40,162 nucleotides of DNA from IMG/VR virus record IMGVR_UViG_3300045988_095739, positions 1 to 40,162 of that record; one strand, 5' to 3'. Shown piece after piece: positions 9,572-17,620 of the stretch. The translations under genes and the position numbers were made by a program. The stretch comes from a virus. The notes beneath the pieces are model-generated. The model made no database searches, was not told the DNA's origin, and was given only the letters and a program-made list of their open reading frames with translations. Every line of letters begins with the position of its first letter. Positions within the stretch are counted from its first letter, which is position 1.

Positions 9572-9743
9572 AATCGTCAGTAAAGCTAATGCTCATGTGG
9601 TAGTCGTTCTTGCCGGACGTCCGTACTAATTTAGCTGGATGCCAGAACAACCAGTTCGATCCAGGCAGCTTGATTAAAACTGCCTTGCCGGTTTCAGTTT
9701 GGATAAGGTTACTATTAGCTGATACATTACGCCAGGTTGTCAC
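9468..9743 (-). CDS. Hypothetical protein (91 aa), GTG start
   Basis: RBS GGGAG lies 10 nt upstream of GTG. It is the first gene downstream of the strong minus-strand promoter at 9963-9991. Confidence 0.5.
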   Translation of the reverse strand: MTTWRNVSANSNLIQTETGKAVLIKLPGSNWLFWHPAKLVRTSGKNDYHMSISFTDDFVFKLFKNGKGKYNKFEKIDEWEMSADEFAKYFE

Positions 9744-9962
9744 AATTGTTATGCTCCCATAATTTATCGGCGGCTGTAGTGATGAGGAAGTTTATCTTAG
9801 ATATTAATTATTATCGACCAATTTTCGTATTTCTCCGTTTGAGTATTTCAATTTTAACGGTTATCTTTAATCTTGCAATTTGTATAGTTGCTTTAGTCAT
9901 TTGTTGAACTTTCTGCCGCCGAATTTTTAACTTTCTAGTGAAATCTCCTCATCACTGTTTCT

Positions 9963-9991
9963 ATTCTAGCAAGCTAGCTCGCTATTGTCAA
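9963..9991 (-). promoter_or_regulatory. Sigma70-type promoter TTGACA-17nt-TAGAAT on minus strand
   Basis: Reverse complement of 9961-9991 reads TTGACAatagcgagctagcttgcTAGAAT. It lies in a 340-nt AT-rich non-coding gap. Confidence 0.6.
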
Positions 9992-10083
9992 CACTTTTGC
10001 AAAGATTTTAGGGGCGAATTATTCCGCCCCGTTCTTCTGCTTCCGTTTCCGCCGCTGTTTCTTGCGCAGCGCTTTCTTTGTCA

Positions 10084-10554
10084 TTAAAACACCTCATCAT
10101 TGCTTAGATTCACTAATCGCAGTGACGGTAATCGTGCCTCAATGAAATCACGAGCTTCGTCGAACCCGCGGCAGACGATCGCCTCAATGCCGGCGTCGTT
10201 TAGCGTTTTAATCCACTGTTTTTGTTCCGGCGAGACTCGTCCGCCTTTTTTACGCTTTAGCTCGATGGCGACAAGACGAGAAGTGAATATAGACTTTTTA
10301 TCATCACTACCTTTAGCAGTCTTCCTTATGTCATATCGAACCCAGCTGGTTGGAATAGCCACAAAATAGTCTGGAACGCCCTTTGCTTGTCCCATGCGCT
10401 TCATTTTGGCAGTTCTAAGCATTGCGGTGCGTCCGCGACCTGATTCGTTTGCTACATGGAAGAATGGCAACTTCTTCAGGCGTAACCATTGCGCGAGCGC
10501 CTCAGACTCCATATCTTCAGTTGGGTTGTCATAGCTACTCAGATTTGGCATCAT
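10084..10554 (-). CDS. VRR-NUC domain nuclease (PD-(D/E)xK)
   Basis: VPDYFV...IELKRKKGGRVSPEQKQWI matches the VRR-NUC core. The track ORF extends to 10659, but the N-terminal 35 codons look non-protein-like and overlap the upstream gene. ATG ATG at 10554 is the likely start. Confidence 0.7.
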   Translation of the reverse strand: MMPNLSSYDNPTEDMESEALAQWLRLKKLPFFHVANESGRGRTAMLRTAKMKRMGQAKGVPDYFVAIPTSWVRYDIRKTAKGSDDKKSIFTSRLVAIELKRKKGGRVSPEQKQWIKTLNDAGIEAIVCRGFDEARDFIEARLPSLRLVNLSNDEVF

Positions 10555-10837
10555 CGCTACTTTCTTTATTATCGTTCTTTTCTGGCAGGTAAGCTCGTAG
10601 CATTTTTGCTGCGCCAACAACCACCGCCAGCTCGCTTTCAATCTCACAGTTAGCTTCATCTGCTATCTTTACCAGTTCCTCAATCACGCCACGTGGAATG
10701 GCGATAGTATCGCCACTCGCACTAGTATTCTTAGGTTTATTACTATGAAATAATGCAAGTTTGTTGATTGTTTCGCCATCAAGTTTTGCTGTTTCATTTT
10801 GATTGTCGATCTCGTCTACAAGTTCTTTGTCAATCAT
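10535..10837 (-). CDS. Hypothetical acidic protein (100 aa)
   Basis: Strong RBS AAAGGAGGAGATAATA before ATG. It sits immediately downstream of the palindromic operator-like site. Confidence 0.6.
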   Translation of the reverse strand: MIDKELVDEIDNQNETAKLDGETINKLALFHSNKPKNTSASGDTIAIPRGVIEELVKIADEANCEIESELAVVVGAAKMLRAYLPEKNDNKESSDDAKSE

Positions 10838-10859
10838 TATTATCTCCTCCTTTGTTCTG

Positions 10860-10898
10860 CCCGTAGAACGTTTTATCTAAAAAAACACGTTCTACGGG
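10860..10898. promoter_or_regulatory. Perfect 11-bp inverted repeat CCCGTAGAACG-N17-CGTTCTACGGG (operator-like)
   Basis: It sits directly upstream of the RBS of the 10535-10837 gene and overlaps a -35-like TTGAAC. The same half-site recurs upstream of terS. Confidence 0.55.
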
Positions 10899-11209
10899 TT
10901 CAACCGCATAACTGGTTGGCTATATAAGATGATGATTTGCCGAGAGGCTGCAATCCTTCACGCGTTAGCAATAATGCTACTGTAGCGCCGTTTCAGTACT
11001 CGTATAGTCACATCACAACTGCGCAACTGACTTTACTATTTTACATTCTGCGCTTTTTTGTTTTCATGCCAGTGGTCGTATCAAAATACGAGGCTTGGCC
11101 TAAACTGTCAGTTAATCGTTACCAATTCCGTCACTTGTCGAAAATGGTTTTCTACAGGGTATAATTTGTACCTGGTTGAGCAGTTTAACGACTTGCTCAG
11201 GTCAAGGCT

Positions 11210-11392
11210 TTATTCAGCAGTTGGCTCGCCAAACTCCTCGATAAATAAATTGAGTGCCTCTACTGGTGTTTTACCGAACGCCACTCGCTTGTCTTCTTGA
11301 ACATTTGTGAAAGTGCTGTCATGACAGAACCATGAATCGCCGTCTGATTCTATGATTAGGCTTGGTACTTTGGATGGTGCGTATTCTTGCAT
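11210..11392 (-). CDS. Hypothetical protein (60 aa)
   Basis: RBS AAAGGAG lies 7 nt before ATG. Confidence 0.55.
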   Translation of the reverse strand: MQEYAPSKVPSLIIESDGDSWFCHDSTFTNVQEDKRVAFGKTPVEALNLFIEEFGEPTAE

Positions 11393-11453
11393 CGCTATAC
11401 TCCTTTGTTCAGTTGATTCCCACCCAGTTTATTGACATATGGCAGGTCATTGG

Positions 11454-11930
11454 TTAATCAATCGGCTCTAGGTCTTTAATTGCCTTTTCGACATCAGCCT
11501 TTTTGTACTTTTTGCCGTCTATTTCGATAGTAGGCTCTGGAGTGTTTGATCCAACGGGTTGGTATTCAAGCTCACCCAATTCAGCTGCAGTATACCAGCT
11601 GTATGCGGAGGCGTACTCTCTATCATAAGATAAAAGATAGCACCCATTTATCGTTGCAAGAACCTTTCTTATGCTATCCGTATTTTCAATAAAATCTCCG
11701 ACATGAAGAGTAGTTAGAGTTTTCTCAACAGGCTCTAGCATTTCGTCCGCCCAGACGAAAGTGCACCCCTCAACTCCGTAATAGTCTCTTTCTGCACGAT
11801 CGATCGTGAGTACTTTTCTGCCCATCCTCGCCATATGACTATTACAGCGCACACCATCATAATGTTTATTTGCGATAAGCCCTTTGCGAACTCTGACTTT
11901 ATCACCTACTTTGAATTTATTTGCTGACAT
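11454..11930 (-). CDS. Hypothetical protein (158 aa)
   Basis: RBS AGGAGAGG before ATG. Confidence 0.6.
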   Translation of the reverse strand: MSANKFKVGDKVRVRKGLIANKHYDGVRCNSHMARMGRKVLTIDRAERDYYGVEGCTFVWADEMLEPVEKTLTTLHVGDFIENTDSIRKVLATINGCYLLSYDREYASAYSWYTAAELGELEYQPVGSNTPEPTIEIDGKKYKKADVEKAIKDLEPID

Positions 11931-11978
11931 TAAACCTCTCCTAATTTTTTGATTAATTTATAAACACCGCGTCCATCA

Positions 11979-12167
11979 TTAGTCATCCTCCTTATGATTC
12001 CGCCAATAGCACACTACTTCAGCTATCAACATATACCCAGCGAACGCCATCGATGCCGCTACTGCGATTTGCGATAATATCGGAATCACCCATGCAATAA
12101 TGGCCATTCCGATAATACCTAGCAATGCCAGCACTGATTGTAGTGTTACTTTTATTCTTCTGCTCAT
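11979..12167 (-). CDS. Small membrane protein (two TM helices); true start ATG at 12167
   Basis: AAGGAGGTATAAG-ATG gives MSRRIKVT... followed by two hydrophobic helices. The track ORF N-terminal extension is unlikely. Confidence 0.55.
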   Translation of the reverse strand: MSRRIKVTLQSVLALLGIIGMAIIAWVIPILSQIAVAASMAFAGYMLIAEVVCYWRNHKEDD

Positions 12168-12168
12168 C

Positions 12169-12339
12169 TTATACCTCCTTTTGTTTTGTAATCTTGTGAA
12201 TCGCAATGTCTACGTCGGATGCGCCGTTCTGTATTAGCCATTGCTTTGCCTTTCTAGCAGTTAGCTCGTCGCTGTATGGCTTGCTGTGTTTCTTGCCATC
12301 CTTGTCGAGCCAGCGAACTATGAACGTTACGCCATTCAT
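12169..12339 (-). CDS. Small hypothetical protein (56 aa, below track threshold)
   Basis: MNGVTFIVRWLDKDGKKHSKPYSDELTARKAKQWLIQNGASDVDIAIHKITKQKEV. It has an ATGA stop/start overlap with the upstream gene and fills an otherwise empty 170-nt gap. Confidence 0.45.
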   Translation of the reverse strand: MNGVTFIVRWLDKDGKKHSKPYSDELTARKAKQWLIQNGASDVDIAIHKITKQKEV

Positions 12340-12641
12340 AGCGGCAGTTTCTGCGCTTTGTGTTTGTCTACCATGTCCGGACTATTCTGCATCATCCAGG
12401 CGTAATACTTGTCATAGGCGTCTTTCTTCAGCTCACCGGCGAATAGTTGCGCACCAAGCAATTCAATTTTTGCCTGCTTTGCGGCACGTTCTTCGGCGTT
12501 CTCTATCGCTGTTTCAATGTCGCTTACAGTATTACACCTAGTACAGCAGATACGCGTACCGCTCATACATTCCCATTCATGAATATGTGCCACGTCTACT
12601 CCTTTCCTGCTTCCACGGTCATGCCCCCTCGCATCGGACAC
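12336..12641 (-). CDS. Hypothetical Cys-containing protein (GTG start; internal ATG start also possible)
   Basis: ECMSGTRICCTRC cysteine cluster. Start codon uncertain. Confidence 0.45.
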   Translation of the reverse strand: MSDARGHDRGSRKGVDVAHIHEWECMSGTRICCTRCNTVSDIETAIENAEERAAKQAKIELLGAQLFAGELKKDAYDKYYAWMMQNSPDMVDKHKAQKLPL

Positions 12642-12769
12642 GACCGCTTCCGTAAGCGTTGGCTGCTGCGTGTAATCTCCTCCACGCCATTTAACCGCAC
12701 ACTTTACCAGGTCTCTAGTCGGGAAAGGTTTGGGAAAAACCGCCTAGAAGTCGGGCACCAACGCTAATG

Positions 12770-12955
12770 TTATTTTGATTGTTCTTTCGCGGTAAGCTTG
12801 CCGAGATGCGCCCAGGCACTCGTCGAATGGTTGAATAACTTGCTTTCTTTCAGCCATCCGCCGGCGAAAGCCTTGCGGCATACGTACCACTTACCGTCTT
12901 TGTTTTTCTTAATGGTGCGCACGGTCGTAAGCGACCTACGAAATACACTCTTCAT
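12770..12955 (-). CDS. Hypothetical small basic protein (61 aa)
   Basis: Open frame directly downstream of the 321-aa gene. Confidence 0.4.
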   Translation of the reverse strand: MKSVFRRSLTTVRTIKKNKDGKWYVCRKAFAGGWLKESKLFNHSTSAWAHLGKLTAKEQSK

Positions 12956-13901
12956 TGCTTTTTATCTCCAAGGGCTTTTTGCTTTTTACCAAGTAATGGT
13001 TGCCCGTCTCACTACTCAGATAGTTATCATTTACGATATCTAGGAACTTATTCGCATCTTTCGTGTCGAACAAAATGATATTGCCTTTGTCGTCTGTCAT
13101 TAACTCAATGGCCATATTGTCGGCGATATCGAGGACAGTCTCCTGGCTCGGCAGACTCTCAGTGTTAACTTCGAGCAGGCGCTTTAGTGTCGACTTGCTT
13201 TCGCGCGCCATTACGGCGAAATCATTAAACATATTCGGTAGTATCAAGCTATACCGATTACTAATTGCCTCGCCTATTTCATCAGACGTGCGAATATCCT
13301 GAATGTTATAGTCGAATGCTTTCGCGAACTTTGACTGGTCGAATATGAATATTTCGCCGCCAACTATCAGCATTTGATTATCCATCGGCATATTAACTGT
13401 CACGTCAGCTAAGTGAGACTCTGCATTGCCACCATCAAAATCCCACACATGACCCACAGAAATCGACGCAGACGGTGGTAAATACTTCGCGACGTAGAAC
13501 GATACGTTTTTATCGTCCGGATGCGTGTAGTGCGCTACAATTCCTTTCATGCGCTTGAATTCATGGTTGTGCGTCGAAAATTCAAAGATACCGGCACGAT
13601 CCTCTTCAATTTGCCGAACCAGATATCTCACGCGATCGACATCGCTGAGAGGCAGATACGGTAATTGCTTAGAGTCTCGTTTATCGTAATCAACCAGGTT
13701 GACGACATTCACGCCAATCGCCGCATCAGTCTGTATCTCGTTGATTATTCCATACAGGAACATCATCGGTAGTTCAATCTCTAATGCGGGCGATACGCGT
13801 AAACTATATAGCACAGCGTTCTTATTGAAGAGAAACAGTTCGCACTGCAGCCCTTTTTTCATGCTGTCCGCTTGGTTCGCCCATAAGAATATATCTGTCA
13901 T
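12936..13901 (-). CDS. Hypothetical protein (321 aa), accessory/possible defence or anti-defence
   Basis: Long ORF with no recognisable catalytic motif. It is translationally coupled to a 40-aa single-TM peptide gene upstream. Confidence 0.6.
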   Translation of the reverse strand: MTDIFLWANQADSMKKGLQCELFLFNKNAVLYSLRVSPALEIELPMMFLYGIINEIQTDAAIGVNVVNLVDYDKRDSKQLPYLPLSDVDRVRYLVRQIEEDRAGIFEFSTHNHEFKRMKGIVAHYTHPDDKNVSFYVAKYLPPSASISVGHVWDFDGGNAESHLADVTVNMPMDNQMLIVGGEIFIFDQSKFAKAFDYNIQDIRTSDEIGEAISNRYSLILPNMFNDFAVMARESKSTLKRLLEVNTESLPSQETVLDIADNMAIELMTDDKGNIILFDTKDANKFLDIVNDNYLSSETGNHYLVKSKKPLEIKSNEECIS

Positions 13902-13905
13902 ATAG

Positions 13906-14028
13906 CTAAATTCCCAGTATCCAGCCTAATAGCCGCAACAACCCCTCAACTACTACCAGCCCGATAGCAATAACAACTGCCATTGCAATGATTTCACCTA
14001 TTTTCTCCGACGGGTTTTTATCTGCCAT
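13906..14028 (-). CDS. Small single-TM peptide (40 aa)
   Basis: AGGAGAATAACT-ATG gives MADKNPSEKIGEIIAMAVVIAIGLVVVEGLLRLLGWILGI. The stop lies 5 nt before the start of the 321-aa gene. Confidence 0.45.
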   Translation of the reverse strand: MADKNPSEKIGEIIAMAVVIAIGLVVVEGLLRLLGWILGI

Positions 14029-14054
14029 AGTTATTCTCCTTAAATTATTGTTAT

Positions 14055-14189
14055 TTACCTGCCAAGCGCTCTGTCCAGAAATCCGTAATCAGTTAGATTA
14101 TCGAGCTTCTCAATAAGCACTCTGCGTTGCTCTCTAGCGAGCTGTATGCGCTTCATAATGTCGCGCAATCGCTGTAGCATTTTCTTCAT
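14055..14189 (-). CDS. Small hypothetical protein (44 aa)
   Basis: MKKMLQRLRDIMKRIQLAREQRRVLIEKLDNLTDYGFLDRALGR. Moderate RBS. Immediately downstream of the MITE-like hairpin element. Confidence 0.3.
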   Translation of the reverse strand: MKKMLQRLRDIMKRIQLAREQRRVLIEKLDNLTDYGFLDRALGR

Positions 14190-14211
14190 ATTACTTACCT
14201 TTCTTTGCTTG

Positions 14212-14350
14212 TTAGCCGCTCTTGCGGGCTGGTGGATAAATCTACCGCAACATAGGGTGTCACGGGGACGGAGTTATGCAAGGTGCCAAGCATCTTTTAG
14301 GTTGTTCCGTCCTACAACGTAGTCGCCCACCAGCCCGCAAGAGCGGCTAA
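14212..14350. repeat. 139-bp element with 24-bp perfect terminal inverted repeats (TTAGCCGCTCTTGCGGGCTGGTGG ... CCACCAGCCCGCAAGAGCGGCTAA) and an internally structured 91-nt core; MITE-like or structured RNA
   Basis: Direct reading of 14212-14235 against 14327-14350. The core contains a further 7-bp stem, GGACGGA/TCCGTCC. Confidence 0.6.
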
Positions 14351-14355
14351 TTATC

Positions 14356-14661
14356 TTACGCCCGCCACCCCCTTTCGTTTCGTAAATCCTGCGCTGCTGC
14401 CATTCGCTCATCCATTGCTTCTACCTCTTCCCGCCGGCGCTGCTCTGCTATGTTAATCAGCGCTTCATTTATGTCGATGTTATTTAAGGTGATTGCGTCG
14501 TAGAACCAGTCGCCGAGCGATAGTGCTTCGCAAAACTGTCGCGCAGCATCTTCTGAATCTTCAGGTAAATGGTCTACAAGCTCGCCAATGTTTGCCGACG
14601 AATGCTCAGCAAGCACTTGCTCATCGATAAACGTTGTGATGGATTTTGTGTCGGCGTTCAT
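14356..14661 (-). CDS. Hypothetical acidic protein (101 aa)
   Basis: ORF in an operon with the neighbouring early genes. Confidence 0.5.
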   Translation of the reverse strand: MNADTKSITTFIDEQVLAEHSSANIGELVDHLPEDSEDAARQFCEALSLGDWFYDAITLNNIDINEALINIAEQRRREEVEAMDERMAAAQDLRNERGWRA

Positions 14662-14897
14662 CGTCTCTCCTTGTCATATTCATCGACTCGGTATACATGA
14701 TCCGGTAAACGTCCGTTCTGTTGCAGAAACCTCTCAATTTCCTCGTCATTTATCGTCACGATGGTTGTCGTTTCGACGGTAAATATCTTGTATCTACCGT
14801 TGTTGAAACGTTGACGCTTCTCAGTGTCGATAATGTATTTTCGCGAGCCTTTTTGGATTATCTTTTGGTCGTTCATATTCCTCCTTTCTCCTAGCAA
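14658..14897 (-). CDS. Hypothetical protein (79 aa)
   Basis: ORF overlapping the stop of the nuclease-FtsK gene by a few nt. Confidence 0.5.
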   Translation of the reverse strand: MLGERRNMNDQKIIQKGSRKYIIDTEKRQRFNNGRYKIFTVETTTIVTINDEEIERFLQQNGRLPDHVYRVDEYDKERR

Positions 14898-16927
14898 TAC
14901 AATCCCTGCAATCGCTCCAGATTCTTCGAGCGCGGATTTTGGTACAACATGTCGCCATAGCCGGTTAATTGCTCTGCGCCATCCTCGTCCAGAATGATTC
15001 GGCTATTCATCGAGTTCGTTACGCTGAACGCAATCTTTGTCGGGAAGTTGGCTTTAATTAAGCCAGTCACGACCTCACGGCTTGGACGCTGTGTTGCGAT
15101 AATTAAGTGAATACCAACAGCACGCGCTTTCTGGGCGAGCCGTACGATTGATTCTTCGCAGCTTGGCGGCATAGTATCTTCTATCGTCCGCTTCAATGCT
15201 TCCTTGGTGATTTTCACCGTCAAAGTGCCAGTTTTGCTGTCTCCCAGCAGTTCCGTCAGCTCCTGGTTGAATACCTTGATATCAAGCGTTTTAATGCTCG
15301 GCGACGTATCGGTCATGATGAGGTCGGCGAACTCGTCGATAATCGCAACGATACGCGGCATATCATCGCCTTTGTAATCGTCGATTTTACGAACACCTGC
15401 GTCGCGCAACTTTGCGTAACGCGCATTCATCGTGGCAACTAGATCGTCAAGAGCATACGCAGCTGTTTCAGCTTCAGTTACAACCGGCCGCAGTAGATGC
15501 TTGTCGCTTTCGTAACCGGCAAATTCTACCTGTTTTGGGTCGATAAGCAACAGTTTTAGCTTGTCGCTATCCAATTGCTTTGTGAGCACTTGCAGTATCA
15601 CGTTTAGCATGACCGATTTACCCGAGCCAGTTTGTCCGGCCACCAGCAAATGAGGCATCTCCGTAACGTCACCGTAGTGAACTTCGCCAAAGATATCTTC
15701 GCCGATCGGAATACTCATCGTGCCTGGTTTCAGGTGTCTTTCCTCCAGGTCGATTTTCCGTCGTTCTGGATTTGGCACTTCGATGCCAACCAGGTTCGTG
15801 CCAGGGATTGGCGCGATGATTCGTACAGACTCGGCTTTGAGTGCAATAGCAATGTCATCGTGTTTTTTCGCGATAGCATTCATTGCGACACCACGGTTTG
15901 GTCGCATTGTGTAGCGAATAACGGACGCCCCTTTGTATGTTTCGCCCATGATTCCGCCATAGCCAAACTCTGTGAACTTCCGCAGTATCAACTCTTCAGG
16001 AGTACCGCTATCTTCACCAACATCGACTGTCACATTGCGCGGTGCGAACTTCTCAACAGCGTTTACCTTGCGACGGATTTTCGTCGCATCAAAACCCTCT
16101 TCCATGTTCGAAACCAGTTGCATTGACTCAATACCGTTGATGTAATCGCTTGGGTTCGGGAAGAACTTTGCGTTGTCGTCGTTCACGTATGAGAACACGT
16201 TCGTGATGATTTTCTGCGCAACCGGCGCAAACTCCAGTAGCGATTGCCTGTCGTACTCAAAACCTCGCACCTGCGGCGAACCATCGCGGTTCTTGCTTTT
16301 CTTCACTTCTAGGAACTCGACAGATTCTACTTGCTTATCATAATCAGCTTCAGCGAGCACTAGGTAAATGTAGCCCTGTAGCAGATACTTGTAGTTCTCA
16401 ACATACTCAGGATCAAGCGGGTCGTTTGTTGGCGACGAGTAGGCGAACACTGTTTTGAAGTCTTTCACCTTGATCGTGTTATCCGAACTGCCTGCAGCGA
16501 TGATGTCAGATACCCCTACCATCGGTACGCCGTTTACTGCGTGCTCCATTCGCTTCTCAGTCGCCAGCACATCCATCGGACGCGCCTCTTCAAACCAAAC
16601 GTTTACTGTCGCAGTGTATTCCTCAATCATCTTTTCGCGACTGCCAGTCTTGCCGTAATCAATCTCGTAATCGCTCGTATCATTGATAGCCTCTAATCCA
16701 GCAGCAACTGCGTCGTTGATATTACCGCCATCTTCGCTGTAGTACGTTTCCATCGCCTTGTGGAACGCTGTGCCGACGACCATAGCCGGCGACTTCGCAT
16801 TATCGAACACTTTCGCGATATAACGCTTCTGAAACTCAACCTGGTTGCGTAGAAACGTAATGATTGCCGAGTAGCTTAAATGGTCAACCCTCGCCATGTC
16901 GCATCTCCTCGTCCGGATCGGCATCAA
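14891..16927 (-). CDS. Fusion of an N-terminal PD-(D/E)xK (RecB/Cas4/YqaJ-like) nuclease and a C-terminal FtsK/SpoIIIE-family ATPase (678 aa)
   Basis: N-terminal nuclease motifs GVSDIIAAG, IKVKDFKT and QGYIYL. C-terminal Walker A GQTGSGKS, Walker B IIDEFADL, and the FtsK-type IIATQRPS motif. Confidence 0.8.
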   Translation of the reverse strand: MMPIRTRRCDMARVDHLSYSAIITFLRNQVEFQKRYIAKVFDNAKSPAMVVGTAFHKAMETYYSEDGGNINDAVAAGLEAINDTSDYEIDYGKTGSREKMIEEYTATVNVWFEEARPMDVLATEKRMEHAVNGVPMVGVSDIIAAGSSDNTIKVKDFKTVFAYSSPTNDPLDPEYVENYKYLLQGYIYLVLAEADYDKQVESVEFLEVKKSKNRDGSPQVRGFEYDRQSLLEFAPVAQKIITNVFSYVNDDNAKFFPNPSDYINGIESMQLVSNMEEGFDATKIRRKVNAVEKFAPRNVTVDVGEDSGTPEELILRKFTEFGYGGIMGETYKGASVIRYTMRPNRGVAMNAIAKKHDDIAIALKAESVRIIAPIPGTNLVGIEVPNPERRKIDLEERHLKPGTMSIPIGEDIFGEVHYGDVTEMPHLLVAGQTGSGKSVMLNVILQVLTKQLDSDKLKLLLIDPKQVEFAGYESDKHLLRPVVTEAETAAYALDDLVATMNARYAKLRDAGVRKIDDYKGDDMPRIVAIIDEFADLIMTDTSPSIKTLDIKVFNQELTELLGDSKTGTLTVKITKEALKRTIEDTMPPSCEESIVRLAQKARAVGIHLIIATQRPSREVVTGLIKANFPTKIAFSVTNSMNSRIILDEDGAEQLTGYGDMLYQNPRSKNLERLQGLYC

Positions 16928-17600
16928 TCACCTTGTCGTTAGCGATTTCCTCTTCGATGTACAAGCCACTGATATCAAATCCTTGGCGGATTGCGTTTGC
17001 TTCAGCACACTTGGTCAACATCATGCGAGGTCTACTGCGCCACATGCTATTCAGATCTCCGTTTTTTTTTCGACGAGCAAACTCGTCGAAATATGCGGTA
17101 TAGCGCGTGATTTCTACCGGAGAGACCCCCGCCGAGATTGCACTGACTCCGCTACTGAAGATACCGAAGACCGGTACAGTCGCGCTGATGATTTGTGACG
17201 GATCGTCCTTACTGAACTCTAACTCAGCAGCACCAGTATGCGTATAGCGCGGTGTCGTCGATTTGCGTGCCATCTTTCGTAAGCCATGGATTGACACAAT
17301 CGGCGTTAATTCCTCGCGTTGCCGTTCCTTATTCCATACGTACGTTGCGTAGATTTCCTTTTTGAACGGGTTTAGTCCGTATTGATTAGAAATCGCTAGG
17401 AACAATTTCAAGTCTTCCATCGGTCGCGCTTCGCCAGTCTTCGTTAAGCCGAGCATGCTGCGGTGCAATGTCGCAACCATTTTTTCTTTGCTAATTTTCG
17501 TGTTTTCTGAAAACATACCAGACGCGAGCGGCACAACGTCTCGATACATCGTCAACTTTTTCTTTGCGACGGCCACTTTCGCGTCTTTCTCTGTTGTCAT
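16884..17600 (-). CDS. recT: RecT-family single-strand annealing protein
   Basis: KLFLAISNQYGLNPFKKEIYATYV is a RecT/Red-beta-like core. It lies upstream of a nuclease gene, as in RecET/YqaJK modules. Confidence 0.75.
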   Translation of the reverse strand: MTTEKDAKVAVAKKKLTMYRDVVPLASGMFSENTKISKEKMVATLHRSMLGLTKTGEARPMEDLKLFLAISNQYGLNPFKKEIYATYVWNKERQREELTPIVSIHGLRKMARKSTTPRYTHTGAAELEFSKDDPSQIISATVPVFGIFSSGVSAISAGVSPVEITRYTAYFDEFARRKKNGDLNSMWRSRPRMMLTKCAEANAIRQGFDISGLYIEEEIANDKVIDADPDEEMRHGEG

Positions 17601-17620
17601 TCCGAGATCTCCTCCTTTCG

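Noticed and set aside
10555-10659. N-terminal 35-codon extension of the VRR-NUC ORF
   Set aside because: The extension overlaps the upstream gene in another frame and is Trp/Cys/Lys-rich junk. A tandem ATG-ATG at 10554 is the more plausible start.
14212-14350. Retron msr/msd or CRISPR-like repeat
   Set aside because: No reverse transcriptase or cas genes are present. There is a single copy only, and the palindrome is perfect rather than a repeat-spacer array.
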